The position numbers and the translations under genes were made by a program. A stretch of DNA of 64,000 nucleotides from Lobosporangium transversale. Taxonomy: Eukaryota. The stretch lies in the NCBI RefSeq assembly GCF_002105155.1, contig NW_019029010.1, forward strand, positions 248,001 through 312,000, read 5' to 3'. Below, piece by piece: positions 1 through 13,160 of the stretch (the stretch's first letter is position 1; the number at the start of each line of letters is the position of its first letter). Below the pieces are notes generated by a model. That model was not told the DNA's origin, did no database searches, and saw only the letters and a program-made list of their open reading frames with translations.

Positions 1-295
1 CAAGCGCACAGTGCCAAGAGAAAGTTTTCAACTTTGGGTCGATGCCACAAGCAACCAGCAGTAGGCACCAAGGAAGAAAACAAAACAAGTGACTGGTGTG
101 GTTTCAAACTGAATGCATCTGCGATAAAACATCACATGACATAGAGCGTTGAACATGCACAGCTTACAAGCACAGACAAAGAAATGTATCATCTTTCTGG
201 GAGGCTCACAATATCGACTTACTTGATTAGGGGAAGTGCACTCTGAATATAGGAATGAAGCAAAGTGAGATGGATAATGCAAGAGGTCTGAATAG

Positions 296-296
<1 letters not shown>

Positions 297-359
<63 letters not shown>
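297..359. repeat. (GA)n microsatellite
   Basis: Uninterrupted GA dinucleotide run. Confidence 0.95.
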
Positions 360-362
<3 letters not shown>

Positions 363-1080
363 GATGCGCAGAGAGGGAAGGGAAAAAAGAATACGAAGTG
401 TGAATGGAAGTGTAAATAAACAAGTCATGCACTACTTAATCATTCAATTAAATAAATTGAACAAAATTACCTTGGATTAAACGCGTAAACGATCCGTAGC
501 AGAGAGAGTGGGAAACGAAACGTAGAGGGGTAAATGAGAGGAAGCGATTGAAAGAAGGAGCGAGTGAAGAGAGTGGAAGAACGACGACGATTGAACTGGT
601 GAATCAAGATCAAGAGTGGAAGATGATAAAAAAAAAAAGATTAAGTGCCGTGCGTGCAAATAAGAGACAGTAACGAGTGATGTGTGAGGAAAACAAGAGA
701 AAGAATGATATTATATACAAGTGATTATGATTGATTGTGTTGAGCGGTAATTCAGTTACTGTGAGGGGGTAGATTGAGTATATGAGTGGATGGATGGAAA
801 AGGTGAAGACAAAAGCAAAATGATGACGTAAATTTGCCCCGTACGTAACAGGCGATGTACGTGTTAATCAAAAAAAATAAATAATATTCTTTACACCCTT
901 TTATTCCTATGGTTTTTTTTTTTTTTTCTCTCTCTTCTCTCTCTCCTCCAACATCATCTTCCAAACCATCTACTCGCTCTTCTTCATCACAATAACATTG
1001 GTACCTCCACTCTCCACATTTAATAACCAGATCACTGCCTATAACACCTAAATCAATTTATAAGCGTGCAATTACATCAG

Positions 1081-2676
1081 ATGACAAGAAATTAAGCTAT
1101 TTTGCATTCTCGACGGCAATTCAACTGCGTTTAAAGTCACAATTGCACTAGATTACGATGTAGATGATCTCAAAAAGGCCATCAAGAAGGAGAAGTCAAA
1201 GACTTTAAGTGACATAGACGCAAGCGACCTCATCCTCTGGCGTATCGCTATCCCTTCTTCCCCGGCAAGAACAATTAGACTCAACAATTGAACGAGCGAT
1301 GACACGAAGAACATGCTACCACAGAAACTGGAAGAGTCGGATGACCTCGTCTCGGACAAATTCGAGGCTATTCCTCAAAAAAAAACGATTCACGTCATTG
1401 CCCAACTATCAGCAGCGGCGGCATCAGGTATAACGCGATCATATGCTTATTTCATTTACTATTTATTTATTTTTCTGACCATTAACATCCATTTTTTTTA
1501 TATATATAGCAGGAGCCATAAATGTGCCTTCTACTACCCATTTTACAACGCCTATTAGTTGACCCTCTTCTTCATCTAGTAAGTTCCCTTTTGAACTTCA
1601 TTTATACTTAATATTTTATTTTATTGTGTTTTGTATTCTAACAGTTGAGTTTTTTTTTTTTTTTTTTGTATATAGCAATATTCGTTCAACACGATCAGAT
1701 TTATGCTACTCTGAAGCAAATCATCACCATCTCGCAAAAGAAACACAACACTCACAAGGTGGATGAAGCTATGATCGAACAGAGTCAAAAGGAAACATTC
1801 GGTCGCTTTTTTAAGTCCATTTTGCCGTATGGCCACACAGCAGAGGACATCAACTTGGCAATGTTTGGAAAGATAATTGATATGGAGCCAACAATCTCAT
1901 CCGATAATCATAAAATTTTGCTTGACATTGTTAAAGAAGACGCTAACAAATCAACCGATCACTGTGTCGTGGCAATGATTGGTCGATCAGGGTCAGGAAA
2001 AACAGCCACCATTGTTGATCTGGCGAAACATCACTTTGTCGTATATGTCGTTTGCTCTGACCCACACTCACGCAAGCCACCTGGATTTCAAGATCCAAAT
2101 TTTGACAAACTAGCAAAAGAAGCAAACGATTTTCACTGCACGCAATATGAAAAAGCTCTGGAGTCATTTGATCAAGTACTATCAAAAGACAACAATCTGA
2201 AAAATCTTATTGACGATCGTATCAACTTGGAATTCCTCACTCGATTATTGTTCCTACTAATGCTCTTCAGTATCAAAAGTGACCTTTCGCCAGAACAATT
2301 CTTCCGTGAACAGACTAATGAAGGAATTTCAACCATTGGAGAATTAGTTGAAGCACTTCGTGTCTATGACGTTATTACAATACGAGCAATGTTTCAGCAG
2401 GTTTAGGATATGGTTAAAGAAAGGATTGGCGATCGAGAACTTGCAATTGCATTAGATGAGGCACACATTGCAGACGAATGCATTCTAAAAGGTCAACTCA
2501 TTGCACCTTCGGCTACAATTAAAAACGAGAATGACTTAATGGACAGCAAATTAATGGTGAAAGCCAAATATCGCCGTGGCTTTCATACGCCCTTATGCTC
2601 CTCAATTTCCAGAATGCATGCGACTTTGATTGTTCTTGGAACATCTCTGTCGCTTGGCAATGCCGACCATGTTTAA
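1081..2676 (+). pseudogene. Crinkler (CRN)-family gene with ubiquitin-like header and P-loop NTPase domain; disrupted and 3'-truncated
   Basis: From 1097 the frame reads LFCILDGNSTAFKVTI...DDLKKAIKKEK...DASDLILWRIAI...KTIHVIAQ (CRN N-terminal motifs). ATG 1081 is out of frame and there is an in-frame TGA at 1289. A later exon has Walker A GRSGSGKT, then TAG at 2404, Walker B-like IALDEAH and LGTSLSL. Coding similarity stops abruptly at ~2675. Confidence 0.85.
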
Positions 2677-3496
2677 ATTTCCCATCAAATAAACTATCAC
2701 TACTTTAATATCTTACCTATGCTCATGTTGCATGACTTTTGATATGGTCTTTTAAACGTTTTAGTTCTTTTTTTCGAGTTGTCGTGCAGCCGTATCACCT
2801 GCTTAATTTGAAACAAGTGTACTTATTTTGGCAGACCTTGTGTTCACATGGTTTTTTTTTACTAAATTTGGCATAATGATAACCTTATTTTCGTCCCTGC
2901 ATGGATCTTTTTTCAGAGGGACACTGGGCAGTGGCCAAAAAATCTTTTTCTGCTTGCGTGTAAACAATATCAGATTTTTTTTTCTTTTTTGGTCAGTCCT
3001 TCTGCATGATTGCTTTCCTTAAAACTGCTATAATCAGATTGTTAGCACTCATCTTGGTCCTAAGAATAAAGGAGAACGATAGAGGATTGTTACATGGTCG
3101 TTTTTAGCACCTTTACTTTACACTTTAGTTTCTATCGATTTTTAGTTTTTCAAATTTTCCGCCTTTTATATTTTCAACACTAGTGTGCCTAGAACTTGTG
3201 TTGGTATATATCAATATTTCAAATAGGCTCTACATCCTGAACAGAACCAAGCTACAAGTGTCTTATTTTTATATACAAATATAATGTGAGCTCATATTGA
3301 CATGTATCCAAACTAAAAAGTAAACGTTTATGGATTACAAAGCTCAGAATCAGATTTAGATCTACAAAGAACAGACCATTTTGCAATGGGATGTAAAAAG
3401 ACGTGTAGATTTAAAAGGGTGTGTAGGTGCAAAAGGAGGCGTAGGCGGAAAAAGGGCTGTTGAAGTCATTTACAACTTAACAGCCGATTTAGCCTA

Positions 3497-3838
3497 AATT
3501 GGTATTTGGGCCTGCCTGAACAGGCAATGGCCCGAAGCTACCATCCGTTGGATTATGGCTGAACGCCTCTAAGTCAGAATCCGTGCTAGAACGCGACGAT
3601 TACCGCCTTTTCCGATTTTTAGTTGAATACGAATAGAGCTTCGGCTCCTGAATCATGCTACGCGGGGTTATCTTGTGGAGCGGAAAGGCTTCATGAGGTT
3701 CCTACTAATGTCAATTTCAAATATTGGAAGAGATAAATCCATTGCAGACGACTTTTATTGAACGAGGTATTGTAAGCTGTAGAGTAGCCTTGTTGCTACG
3801 ATCAGCTGAGATTAAGTCCATTGTACTACAGATTTGTT
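3497..3838 (+). rRNA. Orphan 3'-terminal fragment of LSU (25S/28S) rRNA (non-functional piece), followed by short 3'-ETS-like sequence
   Basis: Conserved LSU tracts GAAGCTACCATCCGTTGGATTATGGCTGAACGCCTCTAAGTCAGAATCC and GTAGAGTAGCCTTGTTGCTACGATC; ends GATTTGT. No upstream rDNA. Confidence 0.93.
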
Positions 3839-4121
3839 TGAAAGGACAACATCTCCTCTTCTTTTTTGTTTTATTTTTTTTTCCTTTACGATACTTAAGG
3901 GATGTGCTTTATTAAAAAGTTAGACTTTGTGGTTTCTAAACTTATTATCGCTTCCGTCACACTGTCTGCTGCATGTGTGATGTCTGTCTCCATTTTTTTA
4001 TGGCTGTGACTAAAAATGGAAGGATAGCGAGGGGATATGGCAAGAATAAAAAGTTTGAGAATAGTGAGAGTATTAATATGAAGTGAATTTTGTGTTCATC
4101 AGATTAAAAAAGGTTTGTTAT

Positions 4122-5827
4122 TCATTTTGCTCCGCAGGCCTCTTTTTTTATCGTTGATTTTTTGTCAAGTGTTTTCTCCACAATATCTTGAATATTTGAG
4201 ACAACTTTCCCAAGGTTATTGCTTCTAATCGTGTCGCACAGCGTGTTCGCAAGCTTCATGAGAAGGTTTGATGCTTTGAAATTCCCAATCAGTTTCAATT
4301 TTTTTTCATCTTTCGGGATTAAATGCAACAGGTCCCCAATAATCTCCTGAGTTTTCAGCGCGTCGCTACTTTTCTCGTAACGGAGGAGTTCCTCCAGTTT
4401 TTTCTTTTTGATTGATCTTGATCTCGACCGTGAAATCTCATTGAATATTTCTGCTGCGGCTTTCGTCCCTGTTTGCGCGGACTTGGCTGAATAGTAACTC
4501 CATAAGCTGAAAACTTTAACTGGGGTGCACTCCCAGTTATTGAAGGGGTAGAAAATTGCAGCACAACTTTCGTAAGTTTCCTTCCTGTGAAACTTTGATT
4601 TTAGTTGTCGTAAAGACAGTTGGTTATGCTCCCAGTCATTTCTTCCCCAAATGATTGCTTGAGGAGATCGCCTCGCAGAGAAGTTGTTTGCTCCAGCACA
4701 AATTGTCCCTGATGTCAGTTCGATAGACCCGGTGATAAGAGCGTTCCACTGTAAGGTCCCAATGATTAACTTGACAACATTATCGTGGTTAACTGTTGTG
4801 ACTTCCTTAACATCTAATATCGGCTTCGCCAATGAAGTTGAATGGGGGTCATCGGCCGGATCTCTGCCATATATTTCAACTTTCAGGATAAGAATAATTT
4901 GGGGCTCAGTCTGAATTAGGGCCCCGGCAAGGTTTCGGGCAATATTGTACTTGAATTCCCTAAAGCTTTGAAGAAAAAATGAAACCTCCAAAAGCATGTA
5001 GTCCTTGATAACAAGAAGCTCTCCGCATCTGTTCGATGACAATAATGATTCTAGATCTCCAAACTCGGCATAGACCTGTATCTTTGGTTGCTTGATCGGC
5101 TTTAGATCATTTATTGGGCTTGATGCTGCCCTTTTGGCAGCTTTAGGAGTCAGGAGTGCAAGGGATGTTGTCCCATTTTCGTGTGTAGCCTTATATGGCA
5201 TAAGCACTGAGATATGCCAGGATCATAATAAGTAACGAGAACGAAAGAAAGATGTCTTTATTATGATCCAGGGATCTTCGTTAAATAAAAAGGGTAAAAA
5301 TCTTAGCTATAGTAAAAACCCATATAAATGACTGCTAATCGCAACAAGCACTTTCAATATTACATCGGAAAAATCTGCGTTTCGAATGGTGAGACCAAGT
5401 TCCTTTCTAGGTTCCTTCAGGCTCGGGCGTTGTTGTTGTCGTATTTCTCATTATCCACTGAGGCCTTCTCAAATTCGGAATGGTCATCACCATAGTGCTT
5501 GTCTAATTCTTGCGCCGTTTTAAAAGATACTCCGCATATAAAGCACTGATTGTTCGTGCCTTCAGTGCAACTCGCATTCGTAAGATGACTATCTGTGTGC
5601 TTAATAATTCCTTGTCCGGGTCTAATGCCACCTTCTTTACAAACGGGGCAAGTAAAATCGCAATTCACAGGTCCCAAATCAACACGGGTGACATTCCCAA
5701 ACGCATCAGCAACACTAACAAGAACCTTGCCAGGATGGGCATCTCGTTTGTGATTTCTCAACTGTGATACACTATTAAATTCCTCATGGCAGGTTACACA
5801 TTGGATGGAGTTTGATGACTTTGACAT
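4122..5827 (-). CDS. C2H2 zinc-finger protein with unknown C-terminal domain; split ORFs, possibly degenerate
   Basis: 5417-5827 has CxxC...HxxxxH fingers (CVTC..RNHKRDAH; CFIC..KHYGDDH). 4122-5207 is a 361-aa ORF on the same strand. I could not find a clean splice joining them. Confidence 0.5.
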
Positions 5828-6072
5828 TTAATGTACCTACAAAATAAAAACAAAAGCCATGATTTAAATACAGGAAAGCAAAATAAAATCAATTAAAAAA
5901 AGAGCGTGGTATGAAGTGGTGTGAACTAAAAAAAAAAAAAAAAAAAAAAAATGGTGTGAAGTGGTGTGAAAGTGATGTGAACTGAAAAAAAAAAGGGTGA
6001 GAAAGTGGTGTGAACAAAAAGAGCAGGCGGATCCAAATAAAAAAAAAAAAAGAGAGAGGGCGGATCCAAAAT

Positions 6073-6103
<31 letters not shown>

Positions 6104-6348
6104 TCCAAAATAAAAAACGAGGGAGCGGGCTCTGGATCAAAATAAAAACAGAAAAGAGCGGGTTCAAGAAAAAAAAAAAAACAGAAATTGCAACAAAGGA
6201 CAGGGCAAAAAAGACAGCAACGGACAGGGGAAAAAAATACGAAGAGGGCGTGACAAGACAAGAGGATGTGACGAGAAGCTTTGCAACTTGGGAATCACAT
6301 GCAAAAAATAAAAAAAAAAAAAAAGAAGCGTGTAGTTGAGAGTAAAAA

Positions 6349-7743
6349 ACGATCGCATTGATTTTAGTATCAGGTGTCTAGTATGGCATACTAGTACTGC
6401 GTACCAAAATAACGGAAATTTAGTATGACATACTCGTACTGCGTACCAAAATAACAAAAACAATCCCGCCTCCACAGCTGCAAAGTATCCAAACTCACCA
6501 TCCCTCTTCACAAAACCTGTCGTATAGACCATCTGGTCTCTATGGTTCCTGAGAACGCGGATGTACGTATATGCAGTACTCAGGCACTCTGAGAGCATTG
6601 CAGGGATGGATCCCATGAATTCATATTAATATCAAATCCACCCTCGTCCCGAGCGCTCTTTTTTCTGATGAAGTGATACTAGACGCAGTATGAGTATGTT
6701 ATACTAAACTTTCGTTAATTTGGTACGCAGTACGAGTATACCATACTGGACACTTGATACTAAAGTCAATACGATCTTTTTATATCTGTATGGATTCGAT
6801 AACATACCTCTAGCAAAAAAGGGGCCGGAAAGGTGTTTTGTTTTTCTTTAGGCAGGGAATAAAAAATGAAAATAGTAAATGGGGCTAGATGCGCTAAAAG
6901 AGTGGAGGCAAGTAAACGGTGAACATAGTGCATCGTGATGGTATAGTTTGATATATGGTGTCTGCTGATTTTTTCCTACTGATTTTTTCCTTCCTTTGTA
7001 TGTAATAGGCGGCTGATTTCTGCTAGTAGGATCCAATCCGCCTATGAGTTTGTGGGAAAAAATCAGTAAAAATTAATTAGTAAAAAATCAATCAGGAAAA
7101 AAAAGTATCAGCAAACACCATATATCAAGCTATATCATCACGATGCACCATGTACACCATTTACTTGCCACCTCCACTCTTTTAGTGCATCTAGCAGTAC
7201 TAACCATTTTCATTTTTTATTCCCTGCCTACAAAAATGCAAAACACCTTTCCGGCCCCTTTTTGCTAGAGGTATGTTATCGAATCCATACATACATAAAA
7301 GGATCGTATTGATTTTAGTATCAAGTGCCCAGTATGGCATACCAGTACTACGTACCAAAGTAACAAAAATGGTATCATGAAAGAAGATTTAATATCACTT
7401 TCTATGGGTTTTGTGCGGGTCAGTTTTTGTGTTAGTATTACTTGCATATTTATTTATGAATGTCAATCTTTGTCTATGAATGTCTAGTATCACTTCATCA
7501 GAAAAAAGAGCGCTCGGGACGAGGGTGAAATTGATATTAATATGCATTGGTTCCATCCCTGCAATGCTCCCAGAGTGCCTGAGTACTCTATATACGTACA
7601 TCCGCGTTCTCAGGAACCATAGAGACCAGATGGTCTATACGACAGGTTTTGTGAAGAGGGATGGTGAGTTTGGATACTTTGCAGCTGTGGAAGCGGGATT
7701 GTTTTTGTTATTTTGGTACGCAGTACGAGTATGTCATACTAAA
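6349..7743. repeat. Nested inverted-repeat (foldback) structure built on a palindromic ~30-bp motif
   Basis: 6419-6684 is the reverse complement of 7482-7743, ~6737-6970 of ~7105-7340, and ~6351-6445 of ~6683-6777. The motif AGTATGNCATACTNGTACTGCGTACCAAA (with variants) occurs six times. Confidence 0.9.
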
Positions 7744-8217
7744 TCTATATATTAAAGCAGGTAGAAAAATTAGGTGACTGCGAAATTATGTGACAACTTT
7801 TGGAGCATCATAAATGAACAAAACATAAATAAGCAACAGCTTGGAGCATTCACTCATCCATGGGTAAGCAAGAATCTGTGGGTGGCAAGAGTCTCATTTA
7901 ATTGGAGAATGGGGCATCCAGTGTAGAGTGATTGGATTTCGGTTGTTTTTTTACGGATAGAGTCAAAATGTGATTCGCTGTCCCTTAATTAAATTTATTT
8001 TGCCCATGTGACACGACCCTTATTTTGAAACTTTAAATCAGCATGCAAAAAAAGTATCGCTTCGCGTCTACGATGCACTGTAGATTTAAATAAACCTGTT
8101 CGCTTTGTTTTACAATCTTAATCCCTCAACGCACCTATATTTCTGAATCCTTGCTTTCATTTTCCTCAGACCTTTGTTTTTATTGCTTTCGTCTATTTTA
8201 TCTGCTAAAAAAAAAAA

Positions 8218-8820
8218 ATGCCTGCCAAACGTTTTACACGTTCGTCGTCGTTGGCTGCCACACGTTCCACACGTTCGTCATCAGCTGCACCTCCCAGAAG
8301 CCAGTTGCCTACCAAGTGCCCTCGCTCTATTTATGGTGACTCGAACCACTCGAAAGCCGTTCCTCCGTCGGACAGCTCCACTTCAGGCGTACGATGCATC
8401 ATCCGAGCACGACGATCTCGACGGGCTGTACCACGTATCATCCGAGCACAGCCTGTGGAGGTAAGAGAGGAGTTACCAGGCCGGCAAGCAGAGGATGTGG
8501 AGAATGAAGAGAAGCTATATGACATGATATACGACTCCATTGACGAGTGCGCCCTATTTGAACTCCTTGAACAAGAGAGAGAAGGGGAAAAAAAAGAACA
8601 GGAAGAAAGAAGACGTAAAGAAGAGGCAATGAGAGCTGAGCTTGCAGTCAGGCTTGGCTGTGTTGTTTGCATGAACACAGGTTGTTCTTCTCAGAGCAGC
8701 TGTGTTTGTCCTACTCAAGAAGACTATAACTTAGAGCTCTCCCGGTCGCAGGAAACATTGGTCCCTTCGGCTACACCAAACTTATACCATCAAGTTGCTT
8801 CTAAGTACATGTCCAAATAA
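8218..8820 (+). CDS. Helitron 1 accessory ORF (200 aa; basic N-terminus, coiled coil, Cys cluster CVVC..C..CVC)
   Basis: ATG-initiated ORF between the Helitron 5' end and RepHel; no recognisable family. Confidence 0.5.
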   Translation: MPAKRFTRSSSLAATRSTRSSSAAPPRSQLPTKCPRSIYGDSNHSKAVPPSDSSTSGVRCIIRARRSRRAVPRIIRAQPVEVREELPGRQAEDVENEEKLYDMIYDSIDECALFELLEQEREGEKKEQEERRRKEEAMRAELAVRLGCVVCMNTGCSSQSSCVCPTQEDYNLELSRSQETLVPSATPNLYHQVASKYMSK

Positions 8821-8928
8821 TGAAGGGTGAGCTCCATTTTGATGTTTCGATATGTAATCCTTAGCAATGCATTTTTTTTTTCAATCCTAAATTGCCATTT
8901 CTTTTGCAATGTTATCTTTAGTGACCCC

Positions 8929-11900
8929 ATGCAGAATCGAACCGAGCCTGTGATGACTCGCAGACGAAGCATTAGCCTTGATGGCCCAGGTGAAAGCGAA
9001 AGACCTGAGCGAAGACGAAGGTGAGCTACTCTTGGTTCACATTTTATTGAATTTATAAACTACCACGTATTGCGTTTCTAATCTAACATCATTATCATTG
9101 CTCTCTAGGCTACAGTCACCCTGTCGGCCTGTGCAACGGCAGTGCAGTATATGCAGTCGCCCAGGACATAACCGAAACACATGCCCCGATAAAGAGTAAG
9201 TCCGACCTCCCCTTATTATTATTTTAGTGTAAAAAAATATTGTGATAAGTGAAAAAGTGAAAAAGCCCATATAAAATATTAATAAAAATTTGTGATTCTA
9301 TATTCCAATAGTATGGATACTATCCCCACCGCTAGAAGGAGGTTCCAACAAGAATTAATCTCAGGCCCCAATATCGAGCGCCATAGACACCGCTTAGAGC
9401 AGATGGTCCGGTGCCCTTATTGCAATGCTATCATGTTCCTTGAAGAACGAGTGAAAAACACCAAGCACCGACCAGAATTTTCCTTGTGCTGCGGCAGAGG
9501 TCAAGTCAAAATCCCTCATCTGGAGGGTATTCCGCGCCGCTTTTTAGAGGTCTTTGGTGGCCAAGACGCGAGAAGCAAAGCCATTCGAAATAATGCACGG
9601 CAATACAACTGTGCTCTGTCCTTTACGTCGATGAAAGTAAACCATGACAGGAGCCTTGCAAACAGCCAACAAGGCGTGTACACTTTCCGTATTATCGGAG
9701 GTATCGCTCACCTGATTGGCCCTCTGAGCCCGTCTGAAGGTGTAGATCCTCAGTTTTTACAGATCCACAGCCATATTCATGACCCTGAAGAGCAGGCCAA
9801 AATTCGCAATGGGTACTTTGAAGGTTCTCTCGACAGCAGTTTGTTAATTGAGCTACAACAGCTTCTCGAACGACATCACCCGATGGCCCGTTTACTCAAG
9901 AACATTAAAGAGCGTGTCAATGGTCAAGATACTCAGTTAAGGGTCGTCATCCGTGCTGAGTCCCAACGTGACCTAAGGAGCCAAGGACGGAGACAATATG
10001 GTCCCCCTTCGTCCTCTGAAATCGCTGTTTTGATGCCTGGTGATGATAGCCAAGTTTCAAGAAGGGATATAGTTATTGAATACAAAGGGGGCGGTTTACA
10101 GCAGATCAGCGAGACTCATCCGTCATACAACAGCCTTCACTACGTTCTCTTGCATCCGAATGGTGAGTGTGGGTGGACATACGGCAAGTATAAGAAGGAA
10201 AGCGGGTCAGAGCTAGGGTCTGAAAGGTCTCTTGGAGAAAGCGATGGTGAGGATGTTGAGGATGACCAGATGGAACCTCATGAGAGCCGGACGAAAAAAA
10301 CCCGAGAGTTCGTCAGCCAAAGGGAGTTCTATGCATATAGACTGCAAATCCGCCCAATGAGCTCAACAGATCAACGATCCTGCATTTGGATGATTCCACG
10401 TTTGGCTCACCAATATATTGTCGACCAATATTACAAGTTGGAAACTTCTCGGCTCCTATATATCAGTATGAATCAAGCTAAGCTCAAAGCGGATGCATAT
10501 ATCGGCATAGTAGATGCAATTGACCTCAATCTCAGGCCAGAGAATATTGGAAAGCGGATTATCTTACCATCTTCCTTTGTTGGAGGCCCCAGATTTATGC
10601 AACAGTTGTTCCAAGATGCCATTGCCATGGTTCGGAAGTTTGGCAAGCCAGATCTCTTCATCACCTTCACATGTAATCCCCAGTGGCCAGAGATCCAGGA
10701 GGCTCTTTATGAAGGCCAAACAGCAGCTGATTGGCCTGACCTTTGCGTACGAGTATTTAATCTCAAAAAGAAGGCTCTAGAGGATGACCTCTTCAAGAAA
10801 GATGTCCTAGGGAAAGTTATTGCTTACAATTGGGTCGTCGAGTTCCAGAAACGTGGTTTGCCGCATCAGCATCTCCTCATAATTCTTGACGATGGAAGCA
10901 AGCCTCGGACTGCAGGCGACATTGACTCTATTGTGTCTGCAGAGATCCCCGATCGACACAGTGCCCCGCTTGCGTACGAGACAGTAACTTCCCACATGGT
11001 ACATGGACCATGTGGGGTCCATAATTCTAAAGCGCCATGCATGGTGGAAGGGAGCTGCAGCAAAAAGTACCCACGCTCATTTTTGGGAAATACTGCAAGA
11101 AGCGAGGATGCTGGCAGCGGATGGAGGAAATGTTAATCTCGATGAGGTCAGCAAATACAGGGATAGCCGATATGTATCTACTTGCGAGAGCTTATGGCGT
11201 ATGTATGGCTTTGCGCTCCATGGGCAATCCCATAATGTTGTTCGACTGCCTGTCCATCTGGAGGATCAGCAGCAAGTGGTCTTCGGTCCTGATGCTAACC
11301 TCGAGCAAGTCATCTCCTGTGCCCAAGACTCGCAGCTCATGGCATGGTTCAAGCTCAATAGCGCCATTGAGAAAGAAATTTCGAGGGCAGAAGCAACAAA
11401 TGCAGATGATGATCAACTGTAGTCTCTCTGACCCACTGGCTCTTTGGACTCGCTTTGCAAGGGACCTGTCAGAAGACTTCCTTCATATATGTAAAGGACT
11501 CCAGGGAGAAGCAACTGCTACTGCGGAGGGTATCGCAGAGGAACAAGCTAAGAGCTCGGCACTTTACGATCTGAATGAAGTGCTGAAGGAGCTTGGGTCC
11601 TGCCTGGCTAACTTTCCAGAGATGCCTCAAGGAATAGAAAATGCCCTACAGGAGGAAGATCAAGTTGATGACACGCAGAAGCAAGGGGAATTTGAACAAG
11701 AGGCTCTCAATAACGTGATACACTTGAACTTGGACCAGAGGATAGCCTTTGAACACATCATTAAGGCAGCCAAGGGTGAGGTTCATGAGAGACTTTTTTT
11801 CATTGATGGCCCAGGAGGAACAGGCAAATCCTTTTTATACAACACGCTCATTGGTTGTCTCACTGACCGACATAAGCGAAGTGTGATTGCTGTCGCATCA

Positions 11901-13160
11901 TCAGGAATTGCCTCTCTTATTCTCCATAACGGCCATACAGCCCATTCTACGTTCAAGATACCGATCCCTGTTGACTGTCGCTCCATCTGCTATCTTGGTA
12001 TGCGGCAAGATGCTGCCGTAAGAATACGTAATGCTGATGTCGTCTTCTGGGATGAGGCTCCTTTGCAGCATAAGCATTGTTTTGAGGCTGTAGACAGGCT
12101 GCTTCGAGACATTATGGAACAGGATATTCCGTTCGGTGGTAAAGTGTTTGTATTTGGAGGCGACTTCAGACAGGTACTTCCGGTTGTCATCCGTGGGACA
12201 CAGGCTCAGATTGAGGATGCTTCATTGAAAAGATCTTATATTTGGCCTTCGGTGACGACACTCAGACTGAGCAAGAATATGCGAGTTAACAGCCATCCTG
12301 AGAACCAAGCGTTTGTCGAATGGCTACTCCGTATTGGTGAAGGGACAGAGCCGACCGTTAGTTTTGGCCCTCATGGCGACTATATCAGGATACCTGACAA
12401 CTTGGTCCTTGACGCCCCAGCTGTAAATAAGGATCACAGTCACGAAAAGCTACTAATTAGGCAGATATTTCCAGACATCGAAACTGCTGGACTCCGGCCT
12501 GAAATACTCATTGAGCGCGCTATATTGAGCCCTCTCAATGAAGATGTAGACAGGCTAAACCAATTGGCTACCACTATGCTCTGTAGTACTCAGCAATCAG
12601 TCAGTTATATTGGTCAAGATAGCCTACAAGACCCTGAAGCAACAGCTCCGGTCCATTATCCTGTAGAATATCTAAACAAGCTTAGTCCACCAGGCTTGCC
12701 TCCATTCAAACTGGAGTTGAAAGTCGGTCAACCTGTCATCCTTCTTCGCAACTTGAATCCAAAGCGCGGACTATGTAATGGCACCCGCATGATTGTGCGT
12801 GCGTTGGGCACAAGAATGATCCAGACTGAGATTATCAATGGGCAATATCGAGGGGAGCGTGTTTTCATTCCTCGCATACCGCTTACAACGATTGATGACC
12901 GCTCTTCGCCAGTTATGTTCAGCAGACGCCAATTTCCAGTCAAGCCAGCCTTCGCCATGACTATCAATAAGTCACAAGGACAGACACTTAAACATGTCGG
13001 TGTTTATCTTCCTCAAGATGTCTTCAGTCATGGCCATCTCTACGTTGCTTTATCACGGTGTACTGACCCAAACAATCTTAAGGTGCTGGTCGGGAATGGG
13101 AAGGTACAAGCCAAGCCTGGGATATACACCAGAAACATTGTCTTCAAGGGCGCATTGTAG
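8929..13160 (+). pseudogene. Helitron RepHel (HUH replication initiator + PIF1 helicase) with two internal deletions/frameshifts
   Basis: Exons 8929-9020, 9109-9195 (CSICSRPGHNRNTC zinc knuckle) and 9312 onward splice in frame. Rep motifs PDLFITFTCNPQW and VEFQKRGLPHQH. Helicase motifs DGPGGTGKS, WDEA, GGDFRQVLPV, FAMTINKSQGQT, YVALSR. Frame breaks at ~11105 and ~11420; the YxxKY motif region is missing relative to Helitron 2. Confidence 0.92.

Noticed and set aside
2677..3496. Discrete transposon between the CRN pseudogene and the first LSU fragment
   Set aside because: Sharp junctions suggest an insertion or rearrangement, but no TIR pair, TSD or coding remnant was found.
5889..6339. Poly-F/poly-K ORFs (similar ORFs at 28-432, 25695-25907, 29188-29764 and 62712-62918)
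   Set aside because: Translations of A/T homopolymers, (GA)n or (ATT)n tracts.
6349..7743. CRISPR-like array (palindromic ~30-bp repeats with intervening sequence)
   Set aside because: Copies are in both orientations with irregular spacing and duplicated 'spacers'; no cas genes; eukaryotic context.
6164..7755. Duplicated ORF GSIPAML...EAGLFLLFWYAVRVCHTK
   Set aside because: The identity simply reflects the inverted repeat; no recognisable domain or independent coding evidence.
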